From Octopus bimaculoides (lineage: Eukaryota): 64,000 nucleotides of DNA. The position numbers were made by a program, and so were the translations under genes. The first letter of the stretch is position 1; each line of letters starts with the position of its first letter. This document shows positions 1-13,990 of this stretch, in pieces. The stretch covers positions 21,128,490 through 21,192,489 of the forward strand of contig NC_068985.1 in NCBI RefSeq assembly GCF_001194135.2. Reading direction: 5' to 3'. A model generated the notes under the pieces. It had not been told where the DNA came from and did no database searches. It worked only from the letters and a program-made list of their open reading frames with translations.

Positions 1-473
1 AAATCTTACCATATCAAATATTCTTTGCTAAACAAACTCTTGAAGAAGAACGTAATCTCTCATTGAAGAAATATAGACCACTGATCACTGTAACTAGATA
101 TCCTCATAGAAACGACACATTCTATAGGACAGCTAGAAGCAACTTGTTATAACTTTCTTATCTCTGCTTCTATTGTTCAAGTGGAAAGCCTTTTGTATAC
201 AGATACTATCTTGCACAAATTTCAACATTAGTACAATAATATTCTAATTATATAAGCTTCCTTACCTTTTCACCACTGCTTATTGTTTTTAATGATTTTG
301 TTATGAACATCAACACCTTTCAGATGTCTTTTTATATGTATATGTGCTGTTATTAATATAAAATATTTATTATTGAAAAATGGACTTATGTTGTTTTTCT
401 TTTAGTAATTTTATTTCTGCCGAATTGTCCTCTTTTATTACAATAAAAGAGAACAAGCTAAGAAGAATTATTA

Positions 474-1600
474 GGTGCTTTCCAGAAGTTTTGAGACTTT
501 TTTTAGGAGAGGCAGTTATAACCATCCTCGTTTATTGCAGTTTTAGTGTATCTTTATTATACATCTAATAAGCTGACCTGCCAACTTTTTCTTATTCCAG
601 ACTGAAGGATACAGTTGTAACAGCACTTTGAACATACACAACTGAACACTGCTTGTCACAGCTGATTAGTTTGCAGAATGCAATCATGACATGAAGACGA
701 TTTGGAAGCTTGCTATGCAATAAAATTTTTTGTGTTAAACTGGGCAAAAACACTACAGATATTTGTGAAATGTTCCAGACTGCTTATGGAGTAATTTGTA
801 TGAGCAGAGCATCTATTTTTTGCTGGTGCAAGAGGCCAGGAAAAGCAAGGCTTCCAGGAAGCTCATGATGATCTTTTTTTCAACAACCGCTGGACTGGCT
901 CCTGTGCAGGTGGCACGTAAAATACACCATTTCGAGCGTGGCCATTGCCAGTACCTCCTGACTGGCCTTTGTGCCGGTGGCACGTAAAAGCACCCACTAC
1001 ACTCTCGGAGTGGTTGGCGTTAGGAAGGGCATCCAGCTGTAGAAACTCTGCCAAATCAGATTGGAGCCTGGTGTAGCCATCTGGTTCATCAGTCCTCAGT
1101 CAAATCTTCCAACCTATGCTAGCATGGAAAGCGGACGTTAAACGATGATGATGATGATGATGAAGGGCATCCACTGTGTTCCTTCTGGGCAGTTGGTCAA
1201 CAAAAGAGTAATTTGTGGAAGTTTTGAGGGAGTTCAGGAAGAGATTTTGTTGCAAAAGTCCAGGGCATCTGCATCAAGACAATGCATTAATCCACAGTTC
1301 CATCCTGGTAAACAAATATTTCACAGAAATGGGCATCAAATCTCTCCCTCACTCTCCCTGTTCTCTATGACTTTTGGTTGCTCCCAAAGCTGAAGGAGAA
1401 GATGAAAGAAGCTGTAACAAGGGTCCTGTACACTTTCACTCTGGAGGACTTCCATGGGGCCTTCATGAAGTGACTGGAGCACTACAATGAATGCATTGAA
1501 GTCAGAGGATTCTACTTTGAAGGAGACTAGGATCTTATATTTCTTTGAAAGTAATAAATGTCTCTCCTGAAAAAAGTCTCAAAACTTCTGGAATACAATG
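474..1600 (+). mobile_element. Mariner (Tc1/mariner DD34D-type) element, internally deleted, interrupted by an RTE 3' end
   Basis: About 38-bp TIRs (ttccagaagttttgagactttttt near 480-503; aaaaaagtctcaaaacttctggaa near 1570-1593) flanked by TA. Broken frames give KLGKNTTDICEMFQTAYG..MSRASIF (N-term), HQDNA, DFWLLPKLKE and CIEVRGFYFEGD* (C-term). Confidence 0.9.
888..1162 (+). mobile_element. 5'-truncated RTE LINE 3' end with (GAT)n tail, nested in the mariner
   Basis: ggttggcgttaggaagggcatccagctgtagaaactctgccaaatcag...gcggacgttaaac(gat)n. The same sequence lies downstream of an RTE ORF2 C-terminus at 41605-41720. Confidence 0.85.
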
Positions 1601-2069
1601 TAGACTGGATAACACCTGTAAATATATTAAAGGCAGTAAAAATCATGATCAATACATTTTTATCATTTAGCCATTTGGTAAAGATCTAAGTACTACAAAT
1701 GGAAATCTGCAACAGCCCTGTTTCTAATTCATCAAATGATCAAATGTTAGGATAGAGATAACTTATAATCTAACTGATAATATTGTAGAAGAAATAAAAC
1801 CTTTTATCAAAGGTTAAATGCTACCTTTTTGTTTTGAAGCATAGAAAATTTCCTGGCTTGAAAATGAAATGCTAACAGTTTGATTATTAGATTTTTTTTT
1901 TTTTATCAAAATTTGAATCATATGACCTGTTCTGCAAGTAAATTTTTCAATTACCTCATTGAAGATTACTTATTTCTGATGTAATGACTTCCATAGCTTT
2001 ATGAGCTACGTGAGTTTTCTTAAGTATGTGTTTACAAACTCATTTTATTAATACATACATCAGCTGAAG

Positions 2070-2292
2070 AGTCTTGTCTTGTGAGTTACTTGGTGACTTC
2101 ACTAATGCTGGTGCCATAAAAAAAAAGCAACCAGTACACTCTGTGAAGTGGGTTAGCATTAGGAAGGGCATCTAGCCATTTGAATTATGCCAAAGAAGAC
2201 ATTGAAGCTTGACATAGTCCTCTATCAAACCATCTGACCCATGCTAACATGGAAGACAGGCATATGATGATGATGATGATGATGACGACGAC
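2070..2292 (+). mobile_element. Diverged RTE-like LINE 3' end (second subfamily)
   Basis: gtcttgtgagttacttggtgac...ttaggaagggcatc...(gat)n; related copies near 13040-13490, 48590-48870, 59700-60140 and 44770-45450 (minus). Confidence 0.6.
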
Positions 2293-2778
2293 TTATGACA
2301 TGTTTATACACACTGATGTATATGGGTATGATGAGTGAAGCAAAACTATCCTGTTGTAACATATGCTTTTGAAATCATTTGCAACTTCAGGATAGCACAC
2401 TCTATCAAAAGAAATCATTATTATTCTATTTCAAGATAAAAAGAAATATTTTTGAATTGATTGATTTTGTACATGCTAATCAATAGCTTGGTGACATCTG
2501 GATTTTCTGTTTTATGGTGAGGTTACTTGTAACAGAGGTTTGTCCTTCAATATTTAGCTTATATGATAGCGCTTACCCATAACAACTTCACTTCTAGTCA
2601 ACACCAGTTTTTGTGACAAAAAATGTAACATAGACTGAAGGCTTTCAGTATAGTGTGGAACTGTATTTTGTCCAAGGATGGAGTATGGAGTCATAAACAG
2701 TCATCCACCCTTGAATTTAAAAGACACTTATTTATGTCCTCTGAGACTGACCATGTTAAATAAATCCCTATTCAATAG

Positions 2779-2855
2779 GAAAACAAATGAAGGGACAAAT
2801 CCCATAACAACTATTGATAAGGTTGCAAGACACAATGAAATTTTTTTTAAAAAAA
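2779..2855 (+). CDS. Weak candidate exon (KTNEGTNPITTIDKVARHNEIFFKK), phase 2 to 1
   Basis: AG at 2777-2778, GTAAGT donor at 2856, one open frame. The acceptor is poor and the exon may be chance. Confidence 0.2.
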
Positions 2856-3137
2856 GTAAGTAAATGACTGGTAATTTTACCAGTGACTGTGTTACTGCTA
2901 AGGCACTAAAAGAGAATGACACAACAGAATAATTATATGTTCTTATAAAATAGTCTTCATCATCTTTATCTTTCATAGAATCTGTATAAGTTGATTTGTA
3001 CACATCTAGTGAATGACATCATTTATATTTGGCTTGTCTCACAATTTCACAATAATGTTTGCTGATGACACAACTAATAAAATACATAGTAAAATGTAAT
3101 GAAAAAAAAAAGAAGTGTTGTAGAAAACTTTCTTATG

Positions 3138-3347
3138 TTTACTCTTTTATTTGTTTCAGTCATTTTGACTGCGGCCATGCTGGAGCACCGCTTTTAGTCG
3201 AGCAAATCGACCCCAGGACTTATTCTTTGCAAGCCTAGTACTTATTCTATCGGTCTCTTTTGCCAAACTGCTAAGTTACGGGCACGTAAACACACCAGCA
3301 TCAGTTGTCAAGCGATGTTGGGGGGACAAACACAGACACACAAATGC

Positions 3348-3399
<52 letters not shown>

Positions 3400-3462
3400 G
3401 ATGGGCTTCTTTCAGTTTCCGTCTACCAAACCCACTCACAAGGCTTTGGTCAGCCCGAGGCT
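3138..3462 (-). mobile_element. tRNA-derived SINE family A (internal CA/TA microsatellite), 5'-truncated
   Basis: Reverse complement of the full copy at 20042-20463 (gactgcggccatgctggagcaccgc...acgatgggcttctttcagtttccgtctacc). Confidence 0.85.
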
Positions 3463-4284
3463 TAATTTTATGAACACATTACTTCTTGTTATTGACAGCC
3501 CTTTCCGCACCACACAATTTCACATAATTCTCATCTCAAAAGTAAGATGAGAACTTTTGTATTATCATGAGTTTCCCATTTTCTTGAGCATAAAAACTGT
3601 CAGCCCTAAAATTGAACAGATAGTGAACCAAGGACAACCCTTACTATCATGTCCTATTTGACATTTATTGCTTGAGAGAGAGATACAGTAGAAGAGAATT
3701 GTAAAGTAGTACAGTGTAACACTGTTGTATAGGATGTAGTGCTTGTAGATATTCCAATATATTCTCATTTCATTCACATGTTTATGTAATACTGAAACTT
3801 ATTCCAATATTTCTATATTTACTGTTTAACTCATTCCTCTCACAAAAGCTTAGATCGAATTTCCAATTAATTCAGTAATTCATTATTGGCTGTTCTCTCT
3901 CTCCCTCCCGCTTTCTCTAATCTGCTACAAGAGAGAGAAGACAATAGCAGAGAGTCCTTTAATGCACGACTTTTCAATAGATACATTGACAGGCTATCTA
4001 CTCTACTAATTTCACTCCAAACAGCAACAAATACCTAATTTAAATACAGCAATACCTTGCTTGGCAATCTCTCATTTGCCAATAACCTGCTTTAATTATA
4101 TTTTTCTTAAAATTATAAAGCCAGAACCTTAATAGTTAATTATGTAAAATAAATGCTAAACATTAATAGTGATTGCTTTAATGGTTTAATTACAGCAAAT
4201 TGCTTGAATAATGTGTGCATGAGAGTTTGTTCATTCCTTCAGTCAATCACTTTGGATAATTATATTGTGCATGAAGGTGGCAAA

Positions 4285-4500
4285 CTGGCAGAATTGTTAA
4301 CAGTATACCGGACAAAATGCTTAGCAGCATTTCATGCATCTTTATATTCCAAGCTCAAATTCCATCAAATTCAACTCTGCTTTTCATCCTTGAAGGAAAG
4401 GGGTGATAAAATAATAGTTAAGTAATAGGGCTAATGTCATTGGCTAGACCCCTCCAACAGAGTTTCAGGCCTTGTGCTTATAGTATAAAGGATATCTATA
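4285..4500 (+). mobile_element. SINE family B, diverged
   Basis: ctggcagaattgttaacag...aaatgcttagcagcatttc...ctctgcttttcatccttg; similar to 20788-21010. Confidence 0.6.
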
Positions 4501-4711
4501 TTGTAAATGTATATTGTTTCCATATTCTCTCTACAACTCTTGAAAGTTTTGGATTAATCCATTATGAATTAATTGAAACTGTTGGAAAGCTGAAGATGGT
4601 TGGTCAATGAAAACTACTGCTTATTACTTTATTCACAAAGAGCTTGACAAAACCTTTTCACATATATGAAAAGAAATTGAGATTTTATCATCAAGATTCA
4701 TGGCAGTCTGT

Positions 4712-5079
4712 CAGTTATGACGACGAGGGTTCCAGTTGATCTGATCAACGGAACAGCCTGCTCATGAAATTAATGTGCAAGTGGCTGAGCACACTACAGA
4801 CATGTGTACCCTTAATATAGTTCTTGGGGATATTCAGCATGACACAGAGTGTGACAAGGCTGGCCCTTTGAAATGCAGGTACAACAGAAACAGGAAGAAA
4901 GAGTGAGAGAAAGTTGTGGTGAAAGAGTACAGCAGGGTTTGCCACCACCCCCTGCTGGAGCCTTGTGGAGCTTTTGGTGTTTGCGCTCAATAAAAACTCA
5001 CAATACCCGGTCTGGGAATTGAAACCACGATCCTACAACCGCGAGTCCACTGCCCTAACCACTGGGCCATTGCACCTCC
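4712..5079 (-). mobile_element. tRNA-headed SINE family D
   Basis: Minus strand begins ggaggtgcaatggcccagtggttagggcagtggactcgc (A-box) with a B-box-like ggtttcaattccc; matches 33835-34165. Confidence 0.8.
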
Positions 5080-5324
5080 ACTTCTCAAGATTACGATATC
5101 AAGCAAAGAAGAAAATTTGCTGCAGGTTGAAATACATTTCATCTGCTATTGTAAAATTTTTAAAGAAATCTATAATAGAAACACGGAACTCATGAGACTC
5201 TAATGCATAAAAGAATCCTTCTTCTTGAATTAAACTAAATGCAAGCAGCAAAGCTACATCAAGTGATAAATACAGAAAAAGCAATAAAATCTTTGAGTGA
5301 TGTATAAAAATCTAGAGATATTTG

Positions 5325-5535
5325 ATAAGCATTTAAAGCAGCCATATCAGGCCCAAATATTCTGTTTTATGTGCAAACCAGCCAGATACAGCATCTCAAA
5401 CCTATCCTATAAAGTCATTGGAAAGATAAACAATCACCTCATCAAAATCTTGAAGCTATGAGATAATGCATGATTAATTCAAAGTAATATGAATAAATAA
5501 GCATTACATTCAACAGAGTTATCTGAATGGTTATG
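5325..5535. mobile_element. Degenerate copy of the putative piggyBac-type MITE at 7055-7282
   Basis: Shares agctatgagataatgcatgatta...gaataaataagcattacatt. Confidence 0.55.
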
Positions 5536-7054
5536 CATAAATTATTTTATTATTCCTTATTTAACATTTAAAAAAATTTCTTGTGTCAGATTACATCAGA
5601 AGAAACTGCAACAAGTGGTTTTACATTATTTACATGTGATTTAGTCTCTTGTTTAATGATTGATCGTTTAGAAATGAATTGAATCATTTAGCTGAGGTAT
5701 TCTTGTAGTGCGTTTCAATTAAGCAGCTAACAATCTGTGACCTTTTTGCTGAAACCACTACTCTTATTGACATATCACAATACATAATTGGTATGGAGGA
5801 CATTAAGTGATTTAAATTTACAGATATCAAGTTTGTTGGGTTGAATGAAAAAAATATGGATAATTCAAGTGAAAATTGATTTCTGGTTGAAATGGGGGGT
5901 CAAAGTAAATATTACAATGGTGGTGATAATTACAGTGGAACCAGCAGGAAGAGGTTTGAATGGAGATACAAAGGAAGATAAGAATATGATCACTTTCTTC
6001 TGATGCCATTTAGGTTATAGGAATTGTCTTTATTGATTTCAATTTTATCCCAATAAGTACTGTTTGTTTGCTTGAAAAAGCATCAAGACTTCAAGCTTAA
6101 TTAATAAATATATCCAACAGTTGGTGAAAATTATGATGTATTAGTGTTAATTCATTGAATTAGCCATGTGATAGTACAAACATTAGGGACACTAAGGAAA
6201 ATCACTATTCAATCAGGCAACTATGGGTGTGACATGGGAAAATTTTCTTAAGTATTTCTTCTGTACAAAGAACAAATAGTTAAGTGTAGTGGACTAAGAA
6301 AAAATTTTAATCCATTAAAATTACATATGTAATGGAAAGAAAAAGCATATGCAGTAACGGTAACTCTAATCAAAAAGGGCAAGAAACACAACTCTGAAAT
6401 GCAGATTAATTAAAAATTGAGTGAAGGAATGTAGTGAAGCATGAGCCAGGGTGAGAAGAATATAAACTACTATAACTATATATGGATATCAAAATATTAT
6501 CCAAACACTCACCACAAATGTTTTTTGTTTCTTTTTCTTCTTCTTCAGCCAACAATGGTCAACCATTGGTTAGGCATTACAATGTTGAGAACCTTCAGAC
6601 AATGATGGTATAATACCTAAAAAAGCAAGGAGAAAACAAACCATGAAGGAGATTAGGATCCAAAGACATGTGATCGATCTTAGCAAATAACTAAAATTAT
6701 ATGAACCTCATGTTTTAGCCTCTCTAGACAATAATCAACAAGTCCATTCTCTCAATGATGAACCTCAAAAGCATTGATGGAAATTCAAAATTAAATGTAC
6801 GTTTCCATTACAACAGAGCTACTTTTGTTGGTTGTTTCTTCCTTGTCACCAATATAACTACATTGTCTTTGAGAATAAATGTTCCCACTTTTAAATAAAT
6901 TATATGGATTCAGATAATAATAGAATTTACAATTATGAAGCAACAGTTATTGATGTTCTGTGACAATGGTATTCATATTCCCTTACACAAACTACCAAGA
7001 CAATAGTTGTGACAGCATTCCTAGTGGAAGTCATTGAGTTCTCATAACAAAGAC

Positions 7055-7282
7055 TAACCTTTTAGCATTTAACCTGGCCCATATCCATCCCAAATATTCT
7101 ACCTGTTTTAGGCTCAAACTGGCCAGATCTGGCTTCTCATACCAACCCTATGAAATCATTCTAAAAATAAACTGTCACATCATTGAAATCTCAAAGCTAT
7201 GAGATAATGCATGATTAAATCAAAACAATGTGAATAAATAAGCATTACATTTGACAGAATAATCTAATTGCTAAAGAATTAA
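7055..7282. mobile_element. Putative piggyBac-type MITE
   Basis: Ends taacctttt-agca...tgctaaag-aa-ttaa resemble a TTAA target with CCCTTTAGCA-type TIRs, both degenerate. Confidence 0.5.
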
Positions 7283-10200
7283 CAGATCTTAATTTTTATG
7301 CAACGACTTATTAAATTAAATTCAATTGATACTAATTGAAACAAATTATGAACATATTATGCATTGAGTTCAGAATAGGCAGCCAACTTAGTAACAATTC
7401 TTTTAATGATGACTTGTCTCTCTAGTCAACTAACTTCCTTTTCATTTCCATCCTTTAATGATGTAATTGAAGAGTTATACAAAATCATGTTGTTGCTGTC
7501 TTAATTGTTAACTTCACCTTAAAATCCCTTAAATAACTTAAACTCCATCAAAAACTAATGGATTTTAATCTTGATTCTCATTAGAACTCTCCACATATGT
7601 CCCACTGAATCTGACACTTGATAATTATTCTATAACTTCTTATGATGTGCAGTGATACAGTGTATCTATTCTATAAGCTGGGATTCTCAGAGAAATTTGT
7701 GATATATTTCTTTTGAAGACTACATAAAGGAATAAATTTGATGATGATGATGTTGATGAAAATGATAATGATGATGACGATCATGATGATGATGATCATA
7801 ATGATGAACAAGAAATTTTTTACAAAACAATTTTAATTACATCAAAATAAAAAGCTTATCTGTTTCCTGAAATCTATTTCTATCTCCACCTGCAAGGATC
7901 TGATATCAGCCTTTGATCCCCAAAAACAACTACTTGTAAGGTTCCAACTACTTTAGCATTCCACACCTGAATTGTTTCCTCTGTTCTTCTCTGCTCTTCT
8001 ACCTGATAAATGTGGCTAGAAATTTTAATGCCTTAAGATTCTACTACATGTTTTTCATGTGGTACAAATATATAACGTCTTTCTGACAAATCAAATAGAT
8101 AATATATAAAAATTGTATTAATGTTTCTTAGATATGTCAGATGATACTCATCTTTCAGATAATATCTGTCATCCTTGGTTGTTTATGGTTTATTTTGTAT
8201 GCTGCCATTGAGTTTGTTAAGTTCTTGTCTCAGTATATACCTTCATACTTGACTGCACTAATCCTAACGAGGCAACCACAGTTTACAATTCATTCAAAAA
8301 AACTTAGTAAATATATGTGCAGTAAAATCCACTGCACGTTTTATTATCATGAAAATTTTATGGCAATATGCATGTATGTATCTCAAAAATACTTCACCTA
8401 TCACTACAGAACTGCTTAATCAGAGATGACCTGGCACTACACAACAATAGCAGCAGCAGAAAGTACCAAAAATTCATCTAAATCACATACTCCAAAACAA
8501 TAACAAGAGGCAACACAAAATAAACAGACCACACAGGATAATGTAGTACTATGACACACCTGAGGCTAAACAACAAAAGACAAACAGTCTCATATACAGA
8601 CAGCATCACAGTCACTTCCTACCATTCTCCAGATAAAACTCTCAGTCTACGTCAACTTCTTGTCTTGAAACAAAGACTATAAGCAGAACCTATCAAATTC
8701 ACTATCTTCCTGATTACCAACAGTACCAGAGAATATCAAACATAATCACACATATTCAGCAACTTAAATGTACCAGAGCCTATAAGAGAATCATTACAAG
8801 GTATTTTTATCTGCAAAAAAAAAACACCATATCTCCCTCGAATCACATCTGACCTTCTTAAAAAGAAACACACTGAATAATATAGTCCAGAATACATTTT
8901 TGAAGGAAAGGATAGGATTGCTATGATTGGAATGCCTTTTCATCATAGCCCTACCAACTTGGGGCTGACTTAGGCACAACAACAATAATTATCACACTCA
9001 ACAACTGAGCCTCTATGCAATTGCTCAATCACTAGAAGTATCATCCAAATTTATTTTAAGTCACATCTTATCATCTTAGACATTCAACAATCAATAAAAT
9101 TTTAGGTCTATAAAAAAAGATGATAATGTCAGAGTTAGAATACTCTTGATCATAGGCCAGCTCACTCGGGACTAACCTAGGGCTAAACAACAATAACAGA
9201 AGCATATGCAAGACAAAGTTCTGTATTGTTTGCAAAAAATCTAAGAGCTAAATTTAAAGGGTCTTCTGTTGTCTTATGGAAGATTTTTTTTACAGCCTAA
9301 AGCACTAAGAAATAGAAGCATTCACCACAGACATATGTTTTATCTGCAAGTAAATACATTACATAAAATTTTCATAAAAAGACTTCTAACACCTGAAGTG
9401 CTGAGAGTACATGTTCAATATCTTTGCCTAACAAAGTAGCCACAGCCACAAGGTCCAGTTCTTGCTGTGGTGTGATAGCTTGAGTGCCTCAGTGACTCTG
9501 AGACCTATGTTGGCATAGCTCCTCATAGAGCTTGCCATGCTGGACAAATCAAAGGACAGAGGCCAGACTAACATGGACAATCTTTTCCCCAGAAGTAAAA
9601 ATGGGTTTGTGTAGGATTGATACCCAGATACAAGAAAAGGCAAAGTTACAGAAGCAACAGTAACAGTTTAAAACCAACTAGATGTAGGAGAGGAAAAGAC
9701 AGCTCAGAGTTAAGAATAGTGAAGGAAAGTTGACTATGGACTTTGCTCTATGAGAAATACAGAGCTTAAGTAGTAAGTAATACAGAAGCAAAAGGAAGAA
9801 GCTCTACGTGATCACTTGATCTATTAGAAAAATAGCAGCTAAATCTCCCTCAAATGACAACCTACTAAATTAAAAATGAGCACACTGAATAAAAGAGTCT
9901 TAAGTGAAATAAAGACAGAACAGTTATGACTGGAATACCTTTGACCATAGGTCTGCTCGTTAAAACCTCAACTTAGAGTTAAACAGGACAACAGAAAACA
10001 AAATTAAGACAGCTTGAAAGCCACAGGAAATTAAACCAAAATAGGATTAAAGTCCAATGGCAAAGAGTCAACCAGTATAAGCTAATCGGTTGCTTAGTAT
10101 TATTAGCTTAATTTCTATCAAAATTGACTGAAGTTGCATGGATGTGAAATAGAAATGAATGACATTAAGAAGAAATGTCTTCACTTTGTAGTTGAAAATG

Positions 10201-10932
10201 CCATTAATTACATCCTTTGTTCTTCAACAGCTCATATACGATGTTTGTGTAACATAGCATATTTTGCAGATAAGTATTTAGTAATAGAAAAGAATCATTA
10301 CTCCCATATTCTGACAATATAATTGTACAATATTGTACAAAATAAAAATCATATTCTAATAAATAAGAAGAAATATGCAAAGTTTCAGAAATCCTGAACA
10401 TAAAGAATAACTTAACATTTCTTCAGGGGAAAGATTTTAAGATTAAATTATATTGCTTAAGACTATCATCATCTTTGATGAGCAATTCTTTACTCTCTAG
10501 AACTACTTTGAGTACAATAAGCTAAATCCTAAAACACTAATAAATAAAAGCATTCAGTACAGACAGGTATTATGTTGGGAGTATTTCAATTTTACAATTA
10601 CTAATGATATATAGATTCATTATTTTTTTAACTGTTTCAATTATAAAATCCTAAGAAATTTTCCTTGCATTAAGCAACGTTATATTATCTGCTAAAATAC
10701 TGAATTTATTAAAAATGATTTTACAAAAGGAAGCAAAATTCTCTCCTTTCTGTTAATTCCCATGAGCAAAACTAATTTATATTTGTACTTCTGTTTTTAT
10801 TGTTTGTTTTTTTGGTTTGTTTTTTCAGCTGTCTCTAAATTGTCTACTAACTAGTGTCAACCGTTGTTAATTAAGAATGCAGAAAATTTCTATCTCAGAG
10901 ACTGAATAATCTAACACCTGTCACTTCCACAG

Positions 10933-11017
10933 GTAACTATGATCTCACAAAATGCTACAATAAAATGAATACCCAAAGAGTAAATATTAGAGAGATTTTC
11001 AAAGCTGACTGCAACAG
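10933..11017 (+). CDS. Candidate exon (NYDLTKCYNKMNTQRVNIREIFKADCN), phase 1 to 2
   Basis: Acceptor acctgtcacttccacag, donor CAG|GTGACG. The single open frame would hit TGA right after the donor. Phase fits 46260. Confidence 0.3.
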
Positions 11018-13647
11018 GTGACGTAAATAACATCTCTGAAAATAATTCCAACACTGCCACCATAGATTTCAGCAGCATGGCTTACAGTTTGGAAATTAGT
11101 AGTGACATTCTCTTCAGTGAAACACTAAAAAAAATATATATTTACACCAAAATTGCTTTATCAAATTACTTTATCCTCTGATCTGATGAGAGCATTAGAG
11201 CTTACAATTCACTAATAAATGACATCCTTCTAAACTGAAGTTTCAATTTTGTTATGCACCTAAGAAAATTAGATGTCTCTAAATATGAAAAGATGAAAAA
11301 GTTTCACCTTCTCCATTCATTTCTCTCTCTCTCTCTCTTCATAAATAACTATATCACCCTTTCAAGTTTATTGACAGAATTACAGAAGTATTTAAGGAAA
11401 AACTTTTCTTAAACACTTCTCGTCTAAATTCTGAATTAAAATGATGGCAGAGTAGAAATTACTTCTGAATGCTTCAAGATGTATAACTTGCACCAGTAAC
11501 TGGAGTCAAATCAATATGTATACCTTTCCTAATCAATGGAAATTAACATTTCCCTTGGTTAACTACAGGGATGGATCTCCATCATTCAATGATGAGGATC
11601 CAGTTGTTTGATCAACTGAACTGCCCAGTTACCGTCTACCCAGTTTCACTCTTGTGCTATGAAACCAACCTAAAGCTACAGAAAATAACATTTGTCCAAG
11701 AATAACATGCAAAGTTGCTACAAATGTTTGGTCTCATAATCTGAACATTTTTCATCCATTAAGATCAAACAATGAGAGAAATAGAAAGAGAGAAGAGAGA
11801 GAAAGGAAGAGAGATTTCTTATAGCTATGACTTATTCATACTAAAATTCTACTGTTAAGAACTCAATTTTGCTATATTGAAAAAAAATATTCACTACTTT
11901 TTATCATGAGTTTGTGTTTAAAGTGGAAGGTGAAAGAAAATATTGTTGCATTCAAACTTTTTTCGCATGGAAATTGAAACTGAATTACAGACTCAGCTCA
12001 TCAGTAGATAACTTCTAATGTAAATCCTTTTGTAAATAAGAGTTTCTTAGATTAGTATACAGTCACAGATGTGTAAGAAAGGGATATAACTGATTGAATT
12101 TACCTTAGAATGTGACTGGTCTTTATTTTATCAACCCTGAATAAATACAATTTAGGTGACATTGATGAGATTTGAACACAAAATACAGAAGATAAAAGAA
12201 TTACTGAAAGCTACTTAGTCCATCACACCAAATTTTCCTGCCACTCCATTGCCTTTACCTAAAAGAGAATAATGCAACTACATCTGCTTCTAATGAAAAA
12301 TGACTCAAGTAGAACTTGTACCAAGACCTTAGATGTATATGTCGACACAAATGCGGCTGTATGTGTATGTGTGTATATTTGTATCCTTATCCATTAATGT
12401 ATATATTTGTGTATGTGTGTATATACTTATCTATGGATGTGTGTGTGCATTTGTTTACATGTGTGTATGTATTTAACTGTGTCATGTATAGTTGAGTAAA
12501 AATACACAAGTATTTTTGTAGTTACGTGTGTCTGACTGGCATTTCCTATCAATGCAAGAAAAATGTTTTTGAAGAAATCTATTGATTAGAGGGCAAAATT
12601 AAATTATGGTAATGTGAAAAGGATGCCTTACACATGGAGCCAGACAAAACATGTTGATTGGTGTGAGATGCTAATGGGAGGATGGTAGAACAGTGCTTTT
12701 CTCTAAGTTTTCTACAGACAAGCATTGGTGCGTATTTGTAAATACTAATGTTGTAGAGAGGGGTGGGAATAATAGGTGTTAAAGGGAGACACTCGAGTCA
12801 AGATAACTAAATTAATGTTAAAATAGATTTGAGAAGATTGGTTTGCTTGTGGCAGAGATAGCAAGAATATCAGAAAATAGGGAACAAGGAGGAGAATTTC
12901 ATAAACTTACTTGGATAAATTTAGATATTTTCAGTCAGAATTATTCCAGGTCATGTCTGACTTAATAGCGCCACTATTCTGAAATGTTATTCATAAAGTT
13001 ATTCACCATGCACTGCATTCAACTCTATCCCACTCTCTAACCATCTATCACTTTTCTTTCACACTCTGGAAGTTACTCTTCCACCTGTCCTCAAATTTCT
13101 ATCCCTACTCTCTCTTATATTCCCCTTCTTGTACCTTGAGTGTACTCCCTATTATCTCTTCTCCACCATCCTTTCTCCTTTTTCAGATGAAATTGCCATG
13201 TATCTCCTCTACAGCAAGATACCTGTTCCTGCCCCTCAATCATACTTTAGCCTGGCACAAAGCCACTTCCCTCAATACTGCACCCTTACTCAATCAAGGG
13301 TCTTGTCTTGCAAGTTCGTTTATGGCCTCACTAGTGCTGTTGCCATGAAAAAAAAGCACCCAGTATGCTTTGTAAAGTGGGTACCATTAGGAAGGGTATC
13401 CAGCCATTGAGGTCATGCTTAAAATGCAACTTGAGATTCTGTCAAACTGACCAACACATGCCAGCTTGAAATGATGAGAATGATGATTCATTTGTAAATT
13501 TTGATGCAATATTATTATTAAAAAGTTATTCAATTGTAAATTCTGAAACTGTATTTCTCATTGGTAAATCTAAAGTGAAATTAATGACAATGCTTGGAAC
13601 ATAGCACATCTTTATTATATAATCCTTGAGAATGATAGAGTGGTAGA

Positions 13648-13990
13648 GATGTTAAAAGTAAAGACCCCTTTTGGTCATGAATGACCATAGGATTGCACCT
13701 AGAAAGTTACCCTCCAAGGCACAAGTCTGAGCAAGGTTGTTAATAGAAAACCAGCAGTCACCCATGCATATCAGTCTCCCCTTTCCATGCCACCGATATT
13801 ATCCAAGGAAAAGGCAGAGGCCAATACAGCTTGGCACCAGTAACATCACAACTCATTTCTACAGTTGAGTAAACTGGAGCAATGTGAAATAAAGTATCTT
13901 GCTCAAGAACACAACACACAGCCCAGTCCAGGAATCAAACTCACTATCTCATGATTGTGAGCCTGACACTCTAACCACTGTGCCTTCACA
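13648..13990 (-). mobile_element. tRNA-headed SINE family C
   Basis: Reverse complement of 28272-28600 (ttgagcaagatactttatttcacattgctccagtttactcaactgtag). Confidence 0.75.

Noticed and set aside
3-150. Open frame ILPYQIFFAKQTLEEERNLSLKKYRPLIT... and an 18-nt minus-strand microexon at 10-27
   Set aside because: Window edge, weak splice context and no recognisable motif.
2728-3003. 91-aa hydrophobic minus-strand ORF
   Set aside because: Composition is what T-rich DNA gives by chance; no family motif.
3645-3670. Minus-strand 26-nt microexon (NKCQIGHD)
   Set aside because: Plausible sites but no compatible partner exon found; shows the false-positive rate of this kind of search.
5824-5975. Frame DIKFVGLNEKNMDNSSEN*FLVEMGGQSKYYNGGDNYSGTSRKRFEWRYKGR as an editing read-through exon
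   Set aside because: TGA at 5877-5879 could in principle be recoded, but there is no strong donor or homology to support coding.
9300-9345. C2H2 zinc-finger-like start DKTYVCGEC
   Set aside because: No Phe/Leu/His-His continuation and the frame stops soon after.
11955-12006. CTGATGA plus hairpin on the minus strand as a hammerhead
   Set aside because: No GAAA box follows the stem.
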